Positions 12,601 through 27,600 of a stretch of 64,000 bases of DNA are shown here, piece after piece; the stretch's first letter is position 1; each line of letters starts with the position of its first letter. The DNA comes from Lytechinus pictus (taxonomy: Eukaryota), in NCBI RefSeq assembly GCF_037042905.1, contig NC_087246.1, forward strand, positions 7,256,001 through 7,320,000. Direction: 5' to 3'. Both the position numbers and the translations under genes were made by a program. The notes under the pieces are model-generated. The model was given only the letters and a program-made list of their open reading frames with translations, was not told the origin of the DNA and did not search any database.

Positions 12601-15600
12601 GGGCCGACATTCAAGGCAATAATAATACACTGTCCCACGTGCGCTTATCTGTGTTTGTGATCTTCAGTGTGAACATTTTTCAGCGTAGATTTCAAGATTT
12701 CACAAAGTTCAGTTTATGTAACTGTACCACATCTAGATCCTTGATGATACACTGACAATTAAGCCTGGTTTACAGACTTTCTCATGAAATCAGTGTTTAC
12801 TGCAACTACTGGCATTTCTCTTTAACTACAGCTTCTATGGGGAAAACGTTGAGCTACCTCACCCTCTTCGATTTCACGCAAATTAATTTTAACAAAAACT
12901 ACTTATTAATATAATCAGCTACCAAATTTTGACGACAAACACACAGGGTCAGGCCAAGTTCTTTGATCATTTGTCGTCATGTTTCTAATACAGCTTGAGC
13001 ATACGAATACGCCGGCCAATCACGTTTGTGTTACCACTTCAGTTCATGAATATTCATTTGCATTTTGGCAATTCACAATGCATCTCTTGCCAAAATGTAA
13101 ATCAATATTCATGAACTAAAAGATGGTAACATGAACGTGATTGGTGGACGCATTCGTATGCTCAAGCTGTATTAGAAACATGATGACTTATGATCAAAGA
13201 ACCTGGCCTGAACTAAGGATGGAACTGTAATTTGTACGTACTACTACAAAATTTTCATGCATTTTTATGGGGTTTTTTTTCTTCAAATTGTTGTGTACCT
13301 TCTATGCATATCATGGTGCTGTTGTCAAATAACATCCATGAAAAATGTTCTTTCCCTTTGCATAAAGGCATCCACTCTACATTCCTTTCACACAATAAAT
13401 AAAGAAGTATGCAGATCCAATAGAAAGAAAAAAACCACAGATGAACAGTGCAGCTACCATAATTTCTATTACATTATACAAAACACATGAAGTGGAATGG
13501 TATGAGACTGCTCTGAACTCTTTTAAGGTGAAGCAGACAATGGAATCCCAGCCCCAACAATCAATTGTGCTTTACCCTACATGTACCCCTCCTTTCCCAT
13601 CATACGAATTATACAATAAACAGATGTGTACAGCTGTGCTAAAGTTAGTGAACCCCTAAGTGCACTCCTTCATGTAGGAGTGTTGAATGTAGACATAGAC
13701 AACAACACTATACATTTTTCGGTGAGCCCAGAGAAACCAACTTTATCAAATGTAATATTTTATCACCTGACTTCAAAATCAAATATCTAAAACATGGCAG
13801 AACTTAAATATGTTCATTTTCTGGTGGGGTTCACTAATTTTTGAGCACCAGTGTATATCTGCAGGTTTCTGGAATGATTTGGTTAATCTACATCTTTAAC
13901 TGTAATGTAAATAACTGTTGTTGCTAAAATATGCAGGCCTAGTACATGAAATATATGAAAACGCTAAACAGCAGCAGACAATGAGCAGTTCAGTGTGTGC
14001 CTATACTTCATCCATGCAGGTAAAAAAGGATGATTATAACTCTAAGTAGCAGTTATTGAAGGTAAAGTCTACATTATGTGATCCTTATGATTACATTGAT
14101 TTAACAAAACACATGAAAAAATAACAAAATTTACACTATTTTGAGAAAGTTTGGATTGCTTCACAAAATTGAATAGAATGTGATGAAATGAGTATTCAAT
14201 TTCATTTATTTTTATTACCAACAGAACAAAATAAAATTCGAAATAGACATGAAATGAAATACTCTGAAAATTTACTTTGCCCAATTGATCATGGGCCAGG
14301 CAGCCGCTGTGCAGCACCAGATCGACGAGGCTCTATCCCTTTAATCGTTGAATGCCAAACAGGGTAGTGCTCAGCAACTCCCATCTTTTAGCATCTTTTG
14401 GTCTGACGCGGCCGGGGTTCGAACCCACACTCCCGGTTGTGAGACGGACGCTCTACCAACTGAGCCAACACACTGAAATTAATGGAATTAATTTCACTGA
14501 CATTTTTATATAGTATAATCAAACAAAATAAATCAAGACATGTGATATTTTATTTTTTCACATCAATTAATTATTTTTATCCTGTAAGATTTGCTTCTTT
14601 CAACTCTTACATACCTTTTAAGACCAAATATGTGATGTTCAGGTGCAATGTTCCAAAGTTACAGTAAACTAAATTATAAACATGTAGGCCTACTTGCCCG
14701 GGGGGGGGGGGCACTCAGTATATAATGCATAGCGGGTATGTGCCGCAGAGGGGACCCCCATTTTTACACTCAAATTTCCGTTCCAAGGCATAGCATTTTT
14801 GTCTTATTGAGAAAAAGAACAAAGAAAGCCGCTCCAAAGCATTTCTTATCGAGAAAAAAGAAGAAATCTGCTCCAGAGCTTCGCATATTTTGCATTACGC
14901 CGTTCCGGCCGCATTGATCTGCTACAATGAGCCACTATTTTGGTGAAAAGTGGCCGCAGAGCGCTGTCCGACCATCGCCTCTGCGCTAGTGCACCCGGCG
15001 CCCGTGCCGCCGGGCTAGCTGCATGCACGTTCCATAGGGATGCATACGCACTCACACGCAGGCGACCCGTTCCAAGGACCCCCGTTTTCACAAACATTTG
15101 TAGTTCCGAGGACCCTCCTTTTTACAATAAGCCCGCGGCACATACCTACTACTTTTTTAGTCGAGTACTTGGAGAAGAGAATTGATTGAGGGAAACTGGG
15201 GTATAGTGTTCTCAAATGGAGGTTTTCGTCATGTCAAGGGGGCAGGAGAGGAGGTATCAGAAATACATGTATCAGGCAGGTTTGCTATGTTTTCTTTCTA
15301 CAGAGAAAAGATAACTGGTGTATAATTACAGGTACTTTAACACAAAACCAAGCAAAACATTATTTTCTGATAAAACTTATTTAAAAATAAATAAACACAT
15401 GCACAATTTTTTTTGGGGGGGTTGCACTTACATGTACATTGTATATGGAGCAAACTCCAGAATTTCTATTATTCATTGATTTTCAGCTTAAAGGAAACCA
15501 AAATACAAGAGAAGCAATCTTAAGAGTAAAATTAGAGGAACAATTAAAAAAAGTTTTATCAAAATTGGTTATGAAATAAGCAAGTTATGGACGTTTAAAA

Positions 15601-18600
15601 AGTCTTGTTGTACTTTCTATGGGGATCCTCAAACATGCTTCAAAATGGCAGATTTTGTGGACAACTCTCCATTTGTTTTGTATACAAATTTTCAGTTTAT
15701 CCTCATTTTCTTTCAAATTGCATCTTGCCTCCTTCTGAGCACAACATATGTCATGGGAAAATATAATTCACACCACAAATGTCAAGGTCAGGAGATAATG
15801 TGAAATAAGTAAAATAAAGGGGAAAATCTGAAAATTTGTGTTCAAAACAAATGGAGAGTCTTGAATTATAAAATGATACCTATGTGCCACACTAAAAATG
15901 AAAATCGGGGGCTCTGAACTAAACTTTGGTCTTAAAATGGGGGTCTACGGAACTGCTCTAGTATCAACGATTGCAATGCAATGCTCTGGCATAAATTTGG
16001 AGCATTGCATGAATACCGTATGCATGAAATTGGTCATGACATTTCTGCGCGATGAACCAGACAGCGGTCTCCAAATCACTGTGCTGAGCCAGCTATCCGT
16101 TGAAGTCACGCAGTCAATGGCAATTTGCCATTGTGCTGCGCAGAGTCTGAGCCGCGGGGGGGCCAGTCAAATATATTTCTGTACACACGAGTGGCCAAAA
16201 AACGCGTTTAAACGCGTTAAGGGTATCAAAAACGCTGATTTTCAAGAAAAAGGGTGGTTTTGAAAGACTGGTCAATGGTCAATCGCGGGGTCAAACGTAT
16301 TTAGGGTATGTTTTTTCCCCAAAGCTTTTTTTAAAAAGACTAGCCAAACGTGTTTAGGGTATTTTTTTCCCCAAGCTTTTTACCCGAGGTCATATTTGGC
16401 GACAACTTGTTTCGGGGCCAAAATGTGTAAATTAAGCCCGCGAAAAACTTGTTTTGGGGGTTATTTTGCAAACAGAGAAAAACTTGTTTAGGGGGTGTTT
16501 GGAAATTCCTTGGTCACGCGTGTGTACAGCAAAATATTTGACTGGCCCCAGCCAGCCCCACCCCCGCCCAAGGGTCTAAGCGGGCACTGGAACAAGATAT
16601 CACAAATTTGAGGGTCTTCGAACGGGGAAAAATGGGAATTTCTCTATCTTTCTAAATTGGTGATGCTCTGGAACGGAAGTTTAGGCTGAAAATGGGGATG
16701 TCAACCGCGGCACATACATATCATACACGTATACTAAGTAATCCCCCCCTCGGTTCTAAAATAGCACAAATTGTCAGAAAATGCTGAAATTAGTCTATGT
16801 TGTTAGTAGTTACAAAATGTGATATGTCTTTTTTTCATGATTCTTTTTTATCATATTGGAAGGAAAATATCACATGGGCTTCCCTTTTGTTGTCCATAAC
16901 GTACATGTATTTGAAATTTGCGAAAGAAATTGATCCAAAACAATGCTTTTAGAGACAATAATAGTAAATACTGATATTTTGCTTCTGCAGAATTCAGTCG
17001 GCTCCGAAGGGTTAACATCGGCAAACCACATGGAATATAAAACCCCTGTGGAATGCTTTGTCAATGAGTGGGATGCTTTTGTATTCCTATAGATTTTGGA
17101 CTGTATTGTGCTTAGTCTCCTACACTTCCTAACACGCCCCTAATATGTTTTTTTATTTTGCTGTCTGCTTTCATGCTTCTGTTTGTTCTAATAAAGAGCA
17201 AAACAAAATTGTGAGCATGCCTTTTGTAGACTACTGGTAGTACATATTACAGCTTTTCAAACTTCAAGTTTGGAGAAAAAGTGCAAGCTGCATTCCAGCT
17301 CATTTCACAGTAACTTTAATACTACACATATAACTACTTATAAATATAATTTAGATTTTTCCTCTCTCTCTTGAAAAGTGGATCAGTCCAAATAAAACGA
17401 GCAATACAGCTTTTCAAATTAAGTCGTACTATACAGGTTTCAAGAAATAGTGCTATCTACATTCCAGCTCATTTCACAGTAACTAACTATTCGTAATTTA
17501 GATTTTTCTCTCTCTTTTGATAAGTGGATCAGTTCAAATAAAAGGTAGCTGCAAGGAGGTCACAATTTCCATTTTGCATTGAAGATAAACATCCTGACTT
17601 TGTTGAATACAACAGATTTCTTTGGTCAATGTATGGGTTCATTGACACAGAATTATCAGGAACTGCCTAAATCAAAATGACCTTGGCCTCACTAATTGAT
17701 TTTCTTTTCAGACAATTTGTTGTTGTTTCCTGAATCAATGAATTGATTACCGGTAGAAAAAATAGTATGTGTATGGTGTTGGAGGCAATCAGTTTGAAAT
17801 TGAAAATGAAGGAGCTCAAGATTAGAAACAAAAAACATGATTTGTGTGTAAAAAAATGAGGTAGGATTTTATGCCACTGATGCCGTTTTCATACTGAAGG
17901 CGAAGTGGAGTTGCTGCGGAGTATTAAACTCCGGATTGAGTTGATACGCTTGTACTGAGGACTGACATTACACCCCCTTTCAAACTGGCAAGCTCCGCAG
18001 CAATGTATCCAGTCGTTTCCGTGGTTTCCAAGCGAGTTCACGCCATATGCGTGGCGCGCGGAATCTCCCCAAAAAAGTATGAAACAGATGGCGCGAGAAA
18101 GGCGATACCGCACTCCCGGTGTGGACAACTTGCAATGAGCAAGCTGATGTCATATCCCCACTTATTCTTTTTTATATTATTATATGAAAAATTATATCTA
18201 TTCAAATTTTTTCCACCAAGAATGAAAAAATTGGATTAACAACTGATTTAACATATATTCATTACAGCAACTTACATGTATTTTGTAATAAAATAAGAAA
18301 TGGAAAGTATGAACATGATTGGCCCACCTAATGAATGGCATGAATATCAGTTTTCACAAAATGTTGCAAAATAAAAAATTCAATGACTTTGTTATTAATT
18401 GTCAGATCTTGATGAAATTTCCAGCATTTACTGAGTGAGTTTTAAAAATTTTCTGCCTGTAGTACCCCCTGAAAGATGTCAATGTTGACTACGCTGCCAC
18501 CATCGCCATTGGAAAAGCAGAGCTTTTAAGTCTTGCTCTCCTATGCAGGCAAGACAAAATATAGTAAACAAATATATCAGGCTTTGAGAAAGTATAGTGG

Positions 18601-21600
18601 AATTATTTATCCGAGGTTGGTCTGGCAATTACTATATTTTTTTTACTTTATAGTAGGTTTACCAGTCCAACCGAGGATTAATAATTCCCACTATTCTTTC
18701 GACGGAAATGCCTGATCTATGCGCTAATCTTGCAGAGTCCGGTTACTTGCGTTGAATCACCCACTTTTACCCAAGCGGAACACTGATTGGTGCCTGCGCC
18801 GACGCATCGCGGGACTTGCCCGGGAGAGACAGCTCGCTGACCGGTGCACCCGAGAGTTTAGCTAAATATCCAGTTTTCTGAAATAATGAAGTCAGAATAT
18901 TGGTATGGCGAAAAATATATTGAGGTCTGACGTCAAGCAACATCATAGTTAAAATGTATTTGGTCACATGATGCTATTTGAACAAATCATTATACAGGAT
19001 TTAATCTATGTGGGATATAATTCATATCATATCCTACCTAGATTAAATCCTGTATATCGATTGGTCAAAATAGCATCATGTGACCTATTAAATACATTCT
19101 AACTATGATGTGTGATGTCATACAAATATTCAGACGTCATTTTTTAAATTAAGCTAATCTCTTGGTCAGCTCTCTCTGTCTCCGAGGCAAGTCCTGTGAT
19201 GCGTCGGTGCAGGCACTAATCTGTGTTCCACTAAGCGCAGTTGCTCAAGGAAAATTACATGTATGTCATTCAATGCATGTAACCGGACTCTGCAAGGTCA
19301 ACGTAGAGATTTTGGCTCTAATTTAAAGTAGGATATAAAACATATATATCACGCATATCCTTCGAACTCCAAAAGCATAATGGGAATTGTTAATCCTGGG
19401 TTGGACTGGCAATAACTATTTTCTTCGGGCTTTAGTTTGCCCCTCAACAAAAAAAGTAATTGCTAGACCAACCTCGGATAAATAATTCCCACTACATTTT
19501 CTAAAAGCGTGATATATTTGTATATTGTAGAGTACCAGCACACAACATTTGGTAAGGACAAGTAGAAATACTAGCACATCAACATAATTACCAATTTTGT
19601 AATCACAAAAAAAATGCACACGTCACTAACAACCCTTTCATATCATATAATCATTGTTCAATGTTCTTCACGCTCTAATTCTTCCATTGAGGAAATAGTT
19701 CACTCTTGATTTAGATCTTGATTTGTGGGGAGTATTCATAAAAACTCGGGTCAAGATAAATCAAACAATGTGAGATACAAAATGAATACCAGTAGTAACT
19801 TGGTCCAATTCAATTTCAAAAGGATTCAGACTGATCGCCTGGTAAAAAGGAAGATTATAAATTGTGTGTGACATCAACATGTACATGTATCCACTATATA
19901 TTTCAGTGATAAAGCCTATCTTTAGGTTTGGTAAATCCCCCATAAGTGCATGCCATTTTTCCAATACATAAATGTTATGATGTGAAGAATATATAAAATA
20001 AAGTATTTATTGAATAAATTTAGCCATTTTACTTTTATAAAAATATATACAGTGTATGTTAATACGAAAACCCAGAGCCAGCATACGATGCAGATGGGCT
20101 GAAATTTCAGGATATTATCTTGATCTCTAGCTTTCTAATATTCAATTACTAAATTTATAAAGAGGGTGCTAAAAAGGGTATTTTTTAATAAATATAAAAA
20201 CATTACTGAGATTTCATTTCAATTCTTAATTTCCAATGGCTGAAAAAGAGAACCATTGAACGACTACTGCCCTCTTTGTAATATTGAAATTTTAAATGAT
20301 ACTGGAGTATAATTCACAGACCTGACCCTTTACCAATGCTTTAGACTGTTTGAAATGCACAATAAACCACAAAACAAATATATGGTAAAAGATAAATCCT
20401 ATATGACTCCAATATTAATGTCAATCTACATACCAAGAGACAAATATACAAGAAATCTAAAGTTATAGTAATTTCAGACTCTAATTTTCATTCAAATTAG
20501 GATCATAACACCAGAATATCACATATGTAAATTGTAAATATTGTAAATGCATACTTGAGTAATCTAGAATCTAAATTCATCACACTTATTAGTATACTCC
20601 CTGAGAAGGATTATATAAGTGAAAGCCATAGGATTATACTGATAAAAAGTGGAGATTATTGTTTCCAAAGAAAAAGTAGCCCCTCCAAGCCTTCTCACAA
20701 AATAAAAATGAATAGAAAAAAATAATGTAACAAAAACTAATGAAAATTAATGTAACACAAATGAGGATGTGATTAGAACATGCCGCCTTCCTCATCTGCA
20801 TGGTCAGCCAAATAAATGAATTATCATCAATGGTCAGCATACTTCATCTTCAAAATATTGACAATTTCTTTGGATAAGGAAGGTTTTGAAAACCAAGGAT
20901 CAACCTATATCCATTACACATAGAAAATATCATGAGTATAAATGTAGTGTGTCACTCAAGCAAAAGATTCAAAACATGATTTTAAGAACGGTAAACATTT
21001 ACACACATGCAGTATGTGTACGGGTAATAATCCCAGTTGAAATATTTGAATACTTACTTTCCTGAAGAGACTCTCTGCTTTTTTTATGTCAAACTTTTTT
21101 GCTGTAAAAGAGTCAATTCAAAGGGAAAATATTTAAGTTTGTGAGAGTTTAAATAATTTAAATACCTTGTCAAAATTTCTTGTCGAAACATTCAGTATAG
21201 ATTTTTGACAAGGTACCAGGAAAATAATACCTTAAAAAAACCCAGAAATAACCAAAAAATTGGATATTGATAATGCTGCATAACACACCTGGGGCATTCT
21301 ATAATTCTGGTTCTTTCTTAGTGGTCCATCAACCATCAGAGACTGTTGGCTGGATGATTCCTCTCGAATAATACACAATACAATAATAATTTGACAACCG
21401 GTATTGTTTTTTGATAAAATCAGTGATCATTGTATGCAATTAGGAGCCTACACAATTCTGGAACATTAACATTTTGAACAGTCAAAACATATTTTATGTT
21501 GATACAACAGCATGAGAATTTCAGATTGTTTTTTTTTTTAACTTCATCTCATACACGAACATACAATTTTTGGGTATCAAAATATAGAATGTAGAAATAT

Positions 21601-24600
21601 CAAACAATTGGCTTTAACCCTTATTAAACTGGGGAGGGGGATCAATTTGACCCCCCAACAAATTTCGCTTGCCTGCTACGCCGCCGCGCAAATTCTTTTG
21701 ACCGCGCTGCTCGATGACTTTTTACTTTCAAGTCTTTCGCAACTTTTGAGACCAAATTTGCGACGCCCGGGTACGCGGTTCCGAAATTACGCAATATTTT
21801 GTAAGTGCATGTCGATCCCACAATTGCTAAAAACGTGATTACATGTACAAAGTCAATGCAAATTGTGTTTTTCAACTAAAAATCATAAATGTATGATTAT
21901 TTTTGTTGGTTAAGATGGATTTATTTTATGTTATTTATGATCGCAAAGTGCCCCGACAATGTTCATTGAAAAAACAATTAAAAAAAAAGGTTTTAAAAAA
22001 ACACAGAAATACATAAGAATTAAAAAATCAATAAAATACATAGGAAATTATATTTCAGCATTTTTTTGTAGATTTTTGTTAGAAATGTACTAGCTATATA
22101 TAAATTGAGTTAAAGGCTAAAACAAACACACACAAAAAAATAGGGCAAATTTCAAGTCTTGCAGTTTACATCCGGCTCTACGCGCGTGCAAATTTTCGCG
22201 GCCATTGCACAATCAACGGCCGAAATCTGAGGGGGGGGAGGGTCAAATTGACCCCCCCCCCCAGTATATGTTGGTCTGAAATAGCCCAGTTAAGATAGGG
22301 TTAAGTAATTGGCTTTAATTACATTACACAGTGCTTGAATGATTTATGGAACAAAATCATGAAAGCCTTTGGAAGGTGTTGGTTGAATTTCATCTTCGTT
22401 GTAAAAATATCAAATGATAAAATTTAATATTCTCGAACATTGAGTAACTTACATCTCAAGAACCGACGGAGCCAGTAATCATCATGGTATGGCTGAATAG
22501 CATCAGAAACTCGGTCTTTAAACTAGAAAATAAAGAAGAAAAAGAATTATGGAATGTTGAAAAATGATTACAATGAACTTCCTATTCTTCTTTTTATTTC
22601 TATGTTCTTTGAGAATAAGATTCACTGCCAATACCAAACATTCAACAAATTTTCTGCTATGATTTTGGGGCCAAATATTTATCATAAAACTCTTTGCAGT
22701 AGGCCTGATGGGGGCAATCCTCATTCTTTCAAAGAATATTTACGACTTTTTGAGAGATACACTATTCAGAGCTGAGCCGATTCTATTTTATGACAATACT
22801 CAGAGAGCCCTTCCCACATCATCTTGAGAGAGCTGTGTAAATAATTACTGAAACAATAAGAATAATTATTACGTATGGATTCTAGACTGCACATGGTGAA
22901 ATTTTGACTCGGCCATTGCAAGATTGCACACCAAATAATCAAATAATTACCTTGATGACCTTTGACCCCAAAATTAATCAGATCATCCATTATCATTCAA
23001 ATTTAATGCATACATGGGCCAAGTAAGAATTTGTTAACTTTTAAACAATTTTGGGGGTTATTGTGAAAACAAGATAATCAAGTATATATCATAATTACTG
23101 TGACCTTTGACCTCATGACCAAAAACTCTGATTTAAAGAGCATCATCCTGAATGATGATCATCATATCATACATTAAGCAAATTAATTACTGTTGGTGAA
23201 GGTGATGGGCCAACTATCACTTTCCAGGCAAGCTACAGTAGAAATAGACCGAGTACATCCAGCTTGCCGAGGAAATTATAATTTGCCTCATCACCTGAAA
23301 TCAAGAGATGATTACATACAGTGCTTTATATTCCACATCTGAAACCACTATAAATGAAGAAACCAATATTCAATTTCATACGTCTCTACAAGAAGGAAGT
23401 TTAAATTAATTCCATATCATGGTTTCCTTGGAAAAAAAAATCACTTGAGTCAATGCTTATTTTAGTGCTAGCGCTTGTGTAAAACTGCATGAAAGCATAT
23501 CTCTATATTGCTTGAGCAACATGATTGTGACCTCATAAACATGGCCCTGGGAAGCAGGGGTGCTGCGTGTATTATTTTCCATAGGCAGCACCTCCAGGTA
23601 TTCTGGAAGATATGTGTAAAAATAGACAAATTTAACAAAATGCCCGGCCCAAATGACCTTGATTTTTAGTAAAGAAAACCTTTCCTTTTTTTGCTTTTAA
23701 AATTTCTAGGGGCCAATGTGACTTCCATTTTTTCCATTTTGTAGTGAAAACCTTCCCTTTTGTTTAAAAATTTACTTTTCAAATTTACATCAGCACCCCC
23801 ACTTCAGAAATTGTTCCCAGGGCCCTGCTAATAAAGGAATTTGACCATCTCAACAAAACAATTGAAGGGGCAATGCACTACATGTATATCATTTTGTGTA
23901 AGTTTTACTGCTAGCGTGTATATCCATTATGTGCATGCATCTAGATCTTGAGCAATCATCACCACATGTGATGGAGAAAGATTGAGCAAAAATAATTGAG
24001 TGGAAATGAACTCTTCATTTTGTGAAAAACTCAAAATAATTACCCTATGGAATAACATGATCAGCGAAATAGTTCCATCACCGCAAAAGATGCTTGATGG
24101 AAAGACCCGGGGGGGGGGGGGGGGGGGGGGGTATTCTGAATGACATTCTGAATGACAAAAATTCCATTCAGAGCAGCCCCGCCCCGCTCGCAAGACCCCC
24201 AAATTACAAAATATCTGTTCCCTAGCCCTGCCAAAATTGTCCAGCATGAGCACCCGTGCGAGAGCTGCACGCACAGCTTCACAACTCCCTCCGCTAGCAG
24301 CTCCATGTGCCGTTGGCACCTGTATAGTACATGCACAACGCTAGCGTGCACCGTACCCATGTACCGCGACCCCGTTCCTTAGACCCCGTTCTTCACACCG
24401 CCTGGTGCATATTTATTTCCCAAGACCCCATATTTTACCCTTGTGGTCAGTTCCTTAGACCCCCATTTCAGGGTTTCGTGAAGCACACCCCATCAAAATA
24501 TAATTTAAGTGCCCCCCCCCCCCCCCAGGGAAAGACATTTTATAACATGATTGAACTTTTGAGAGCATATCCCGCTATGGTCCTCTCCCTGAGCTCCTCC

Positions 24601-27600
24601 CCCTTTGCTCCATTCTCATCATTTTCCTTTTTACTATCGAATTCCAGGAAGAGAAAATTTGAGGGAAAACATTTTTTTTTCAATAGATGACATACCACAA
24701 AATTATGCACACATTGAAGCAATTTGTGAAACCTAACAAAAATAACTATACCCTTTTACACAGTGAGTGCAGAAGGTCAAGATAAATGCAACTGTAAGGT
24801 TTTATTAAAAGGGCAATTAACCATTTCAAAGGCTTCTTAAACAAATTTCAGTCTCTTTGAAGTGGTAAGGTCATCTGATCCTGATTTTTCTTGTTTACTA
24901 TCTACTCTACTTCTTACACATGCTGTTATTTGCTTAAAGTTAGACCAGCGATTGATCTGAAGAAAAAAAAATCAATGAATAATTTGATCCAATAATCTAC
25001 ATTATAATTTATAATATCATAATTAGACCATAATTATGATGTAATAGAAAATAATGCAGACTTTACTAGTGAGTGCACACACAGACTAGATCTATGATCA
25101 TGGCAACAGGCTAACAGTTTTCTTTGATAACAAAGGTTAAGTAAATGTGTCTTTCAGAGTGCATAGGGTTCTTTATACAATTTCCTTTCAGAGAGTTTTA
25201 TTAGTGGTGGACAGAAGCAGTGTTTTACATGAGTGGTGGTCAAAAATCTTCTGTGCCGGTTGGGCCCGACCACTGCAATCCACTCCACTGTAGCTATAAC
25301 ACTGGTACTGGGTACCAATTGTAGTCAGGAAACATTAAAAAAATCTCCCTTCAATAGGTTTTGAACATCCTAAAGGAGACTTGGCCATATTGTTGGCCTG
25401 ATATCTTACCAAAGAATTAAATAACTGTACATGAACTGTTTAATAACAAGCAACCAATTCATACTGGTCGAAAAAATAATGACAAATTCTGTTAAAGGGT
25501 AAGAATAGAGTAAGCTGCCCAGAATTCGACATGTTAAGATTTTTTGCAATATTTTTGTTAAATGTCTTTTCACAAAATGAAATTTATATCAATGTTTGTT
25601 AAATATATTCATCTATTTTCAATTGCAATGTTTATTTTCTTGCTCTTTCTCAATAGAAGAGGAAGTTAGACCAAGTGGTGCTAGACCAACTGGAAATAGG
25701 ACTGAATGGTTTTAGCCCAACTGCTCATTAGACGAATTGGATATTAGACCAAGTGGGAATTAGACGAAATGGATATGGGACCAAGTGAGCATTAGCCCAA
25801 CTGGTCATTAGACCAAATAAGAATTAGACGAATTGGATATTAGACCAAGTGGGGATTAGACGAATTGGATATTTGACGAACTGGTTGTACATGTACAGAC
25901 GAAATGAGTTAAGCCTATAAGTTTGACAAACTGATAAGTAGGCCAAACTGAGACTAGGGTGTCTGGAGAAAAAATAGATTTTTATTATTTCAATAAAATT
26001 TCATTTTCTTTGTGGATTTGAAGAGAAACAACATTAAGAATTAAAGAAATGTATCATATCATTAAAAAAATCCAAGAAAAAACTGCAATTTTTTTTTTTT
26101 TCAGCATTTCCCTGCCATCCCTGTGCAGTTAAGAAGTGGGACACATACAAATTTTTTATCCAAAATTTTAGCTTCCGAGAGCTGAATTTTTTTTTACAAA
26201 TGGTCGCATGTCATAAGGTGGTCCAATTTCGCGAACAGGGTAAAAATGGTCAAAAATTTTATTTTTTTATGTTATAGCTATTACCATTTTCTAAATAATG
26301 GAAAAGTTTAAAGTCTCGAATACCTTTATTTTTCCTTAAAATGACTAATTAACAGCTAATTATTACATAGACGTCAATGTAAATGTGAATTTTGAAATGT
26401 GTTTTTCTCAAATTGGACCTGCTGCACATAAAATGGTGTCAAAAGTTAATGCAACATTGGATCACCCTAGTAAATTGCAGTTATAATCTTGAAACATCAA
26501 TAATTAAATCTGTACCAAACATTGAATAATTATCTATTATTGTATGCATATTAATTATACTAATTAATTAACAGTATTTAATTTCACATTTTTGCCCCCA
26601 AAACACCTGTCACTGTATTTATATGCTTGGCAAAATGACAACATCATGGGTAGAAATGTTTGTTGCAATGATACACAACATTTGTACTAAAAATCAAGAT
26701 TACAAATTAGATAATTAACCAAATCTCTCCGGTTTACTAATTGATTAGGTTGCAGATCAGAGCTGACATACACATGTATTCCATTGCTGCATATTTTCAA
26801 AATTGTCAAATTTTTATGACATTTAGTTGTTCCCTGCTTTAAAACGCCCAGAAATATGAGGATAACAGGCATATTACATATTATAGTAAGTTGTTAATTA
26901 GGTTTAATTATTATTTTATCATTTACCGCATCCACCGGCTCCGCATCCACCGGCTCCGCCACCCCTGTTACTTCAAACTTAATGTGCTATAGTTTTTGTT
27001 CCTGATATTGTATTGATCTAATTCATAGTAATATATTTAGCCTATAGTTCTAGCTTCAAAATGAGATATTACTCAATAAATTTGGTCAAGATGCTGTGAT
27101 GTAGCAACAATTTATCCATGGCACCGTGTGGAAAATTGTTCATACGCCACCCTTTTTGCATACCCAACTTATGAAATGCGATTATGCGACCAAATTTATT
27201 CTTGATGACAAAAACTTGTCCATAAAGTGCAAAATAGAAATTTGATGCTCTTTCTGATAGTATGATTTTTAAAAAGATTTAAAAATCAGATCGCAGTGAA
27301 AAGTTGTGCCAAACATAAATTTTACTTTCCCATTGAGAACACATGGGGAAATGAAAATCTCAAGACACACAAAAATAAGGGTTTGCAATTTATCCCTTAA
27401 TCCTCATTTATTAATATTATGACTCTATAACAAACTTGTCCTTAGGCTTAGTGTCAAAAGAAGCCCCTGAAATTTTTCTTTCCATACATGTACTTCTTAA
27501 ACATAAGTAAAAAAATCAATTCAGATCACATTTTTCTGGTCGGCTGAATTTCCTGAAAAAAATGTGCAATTTTTCCCCTGAAATCAGCCTGTTACATGCT

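Noticed and set aside
25666..25955. CRISPR-like array
   Set aside because: Degenerate tandem minisatellite without unique spacers, in eukaryotic intron context with no cas genes.
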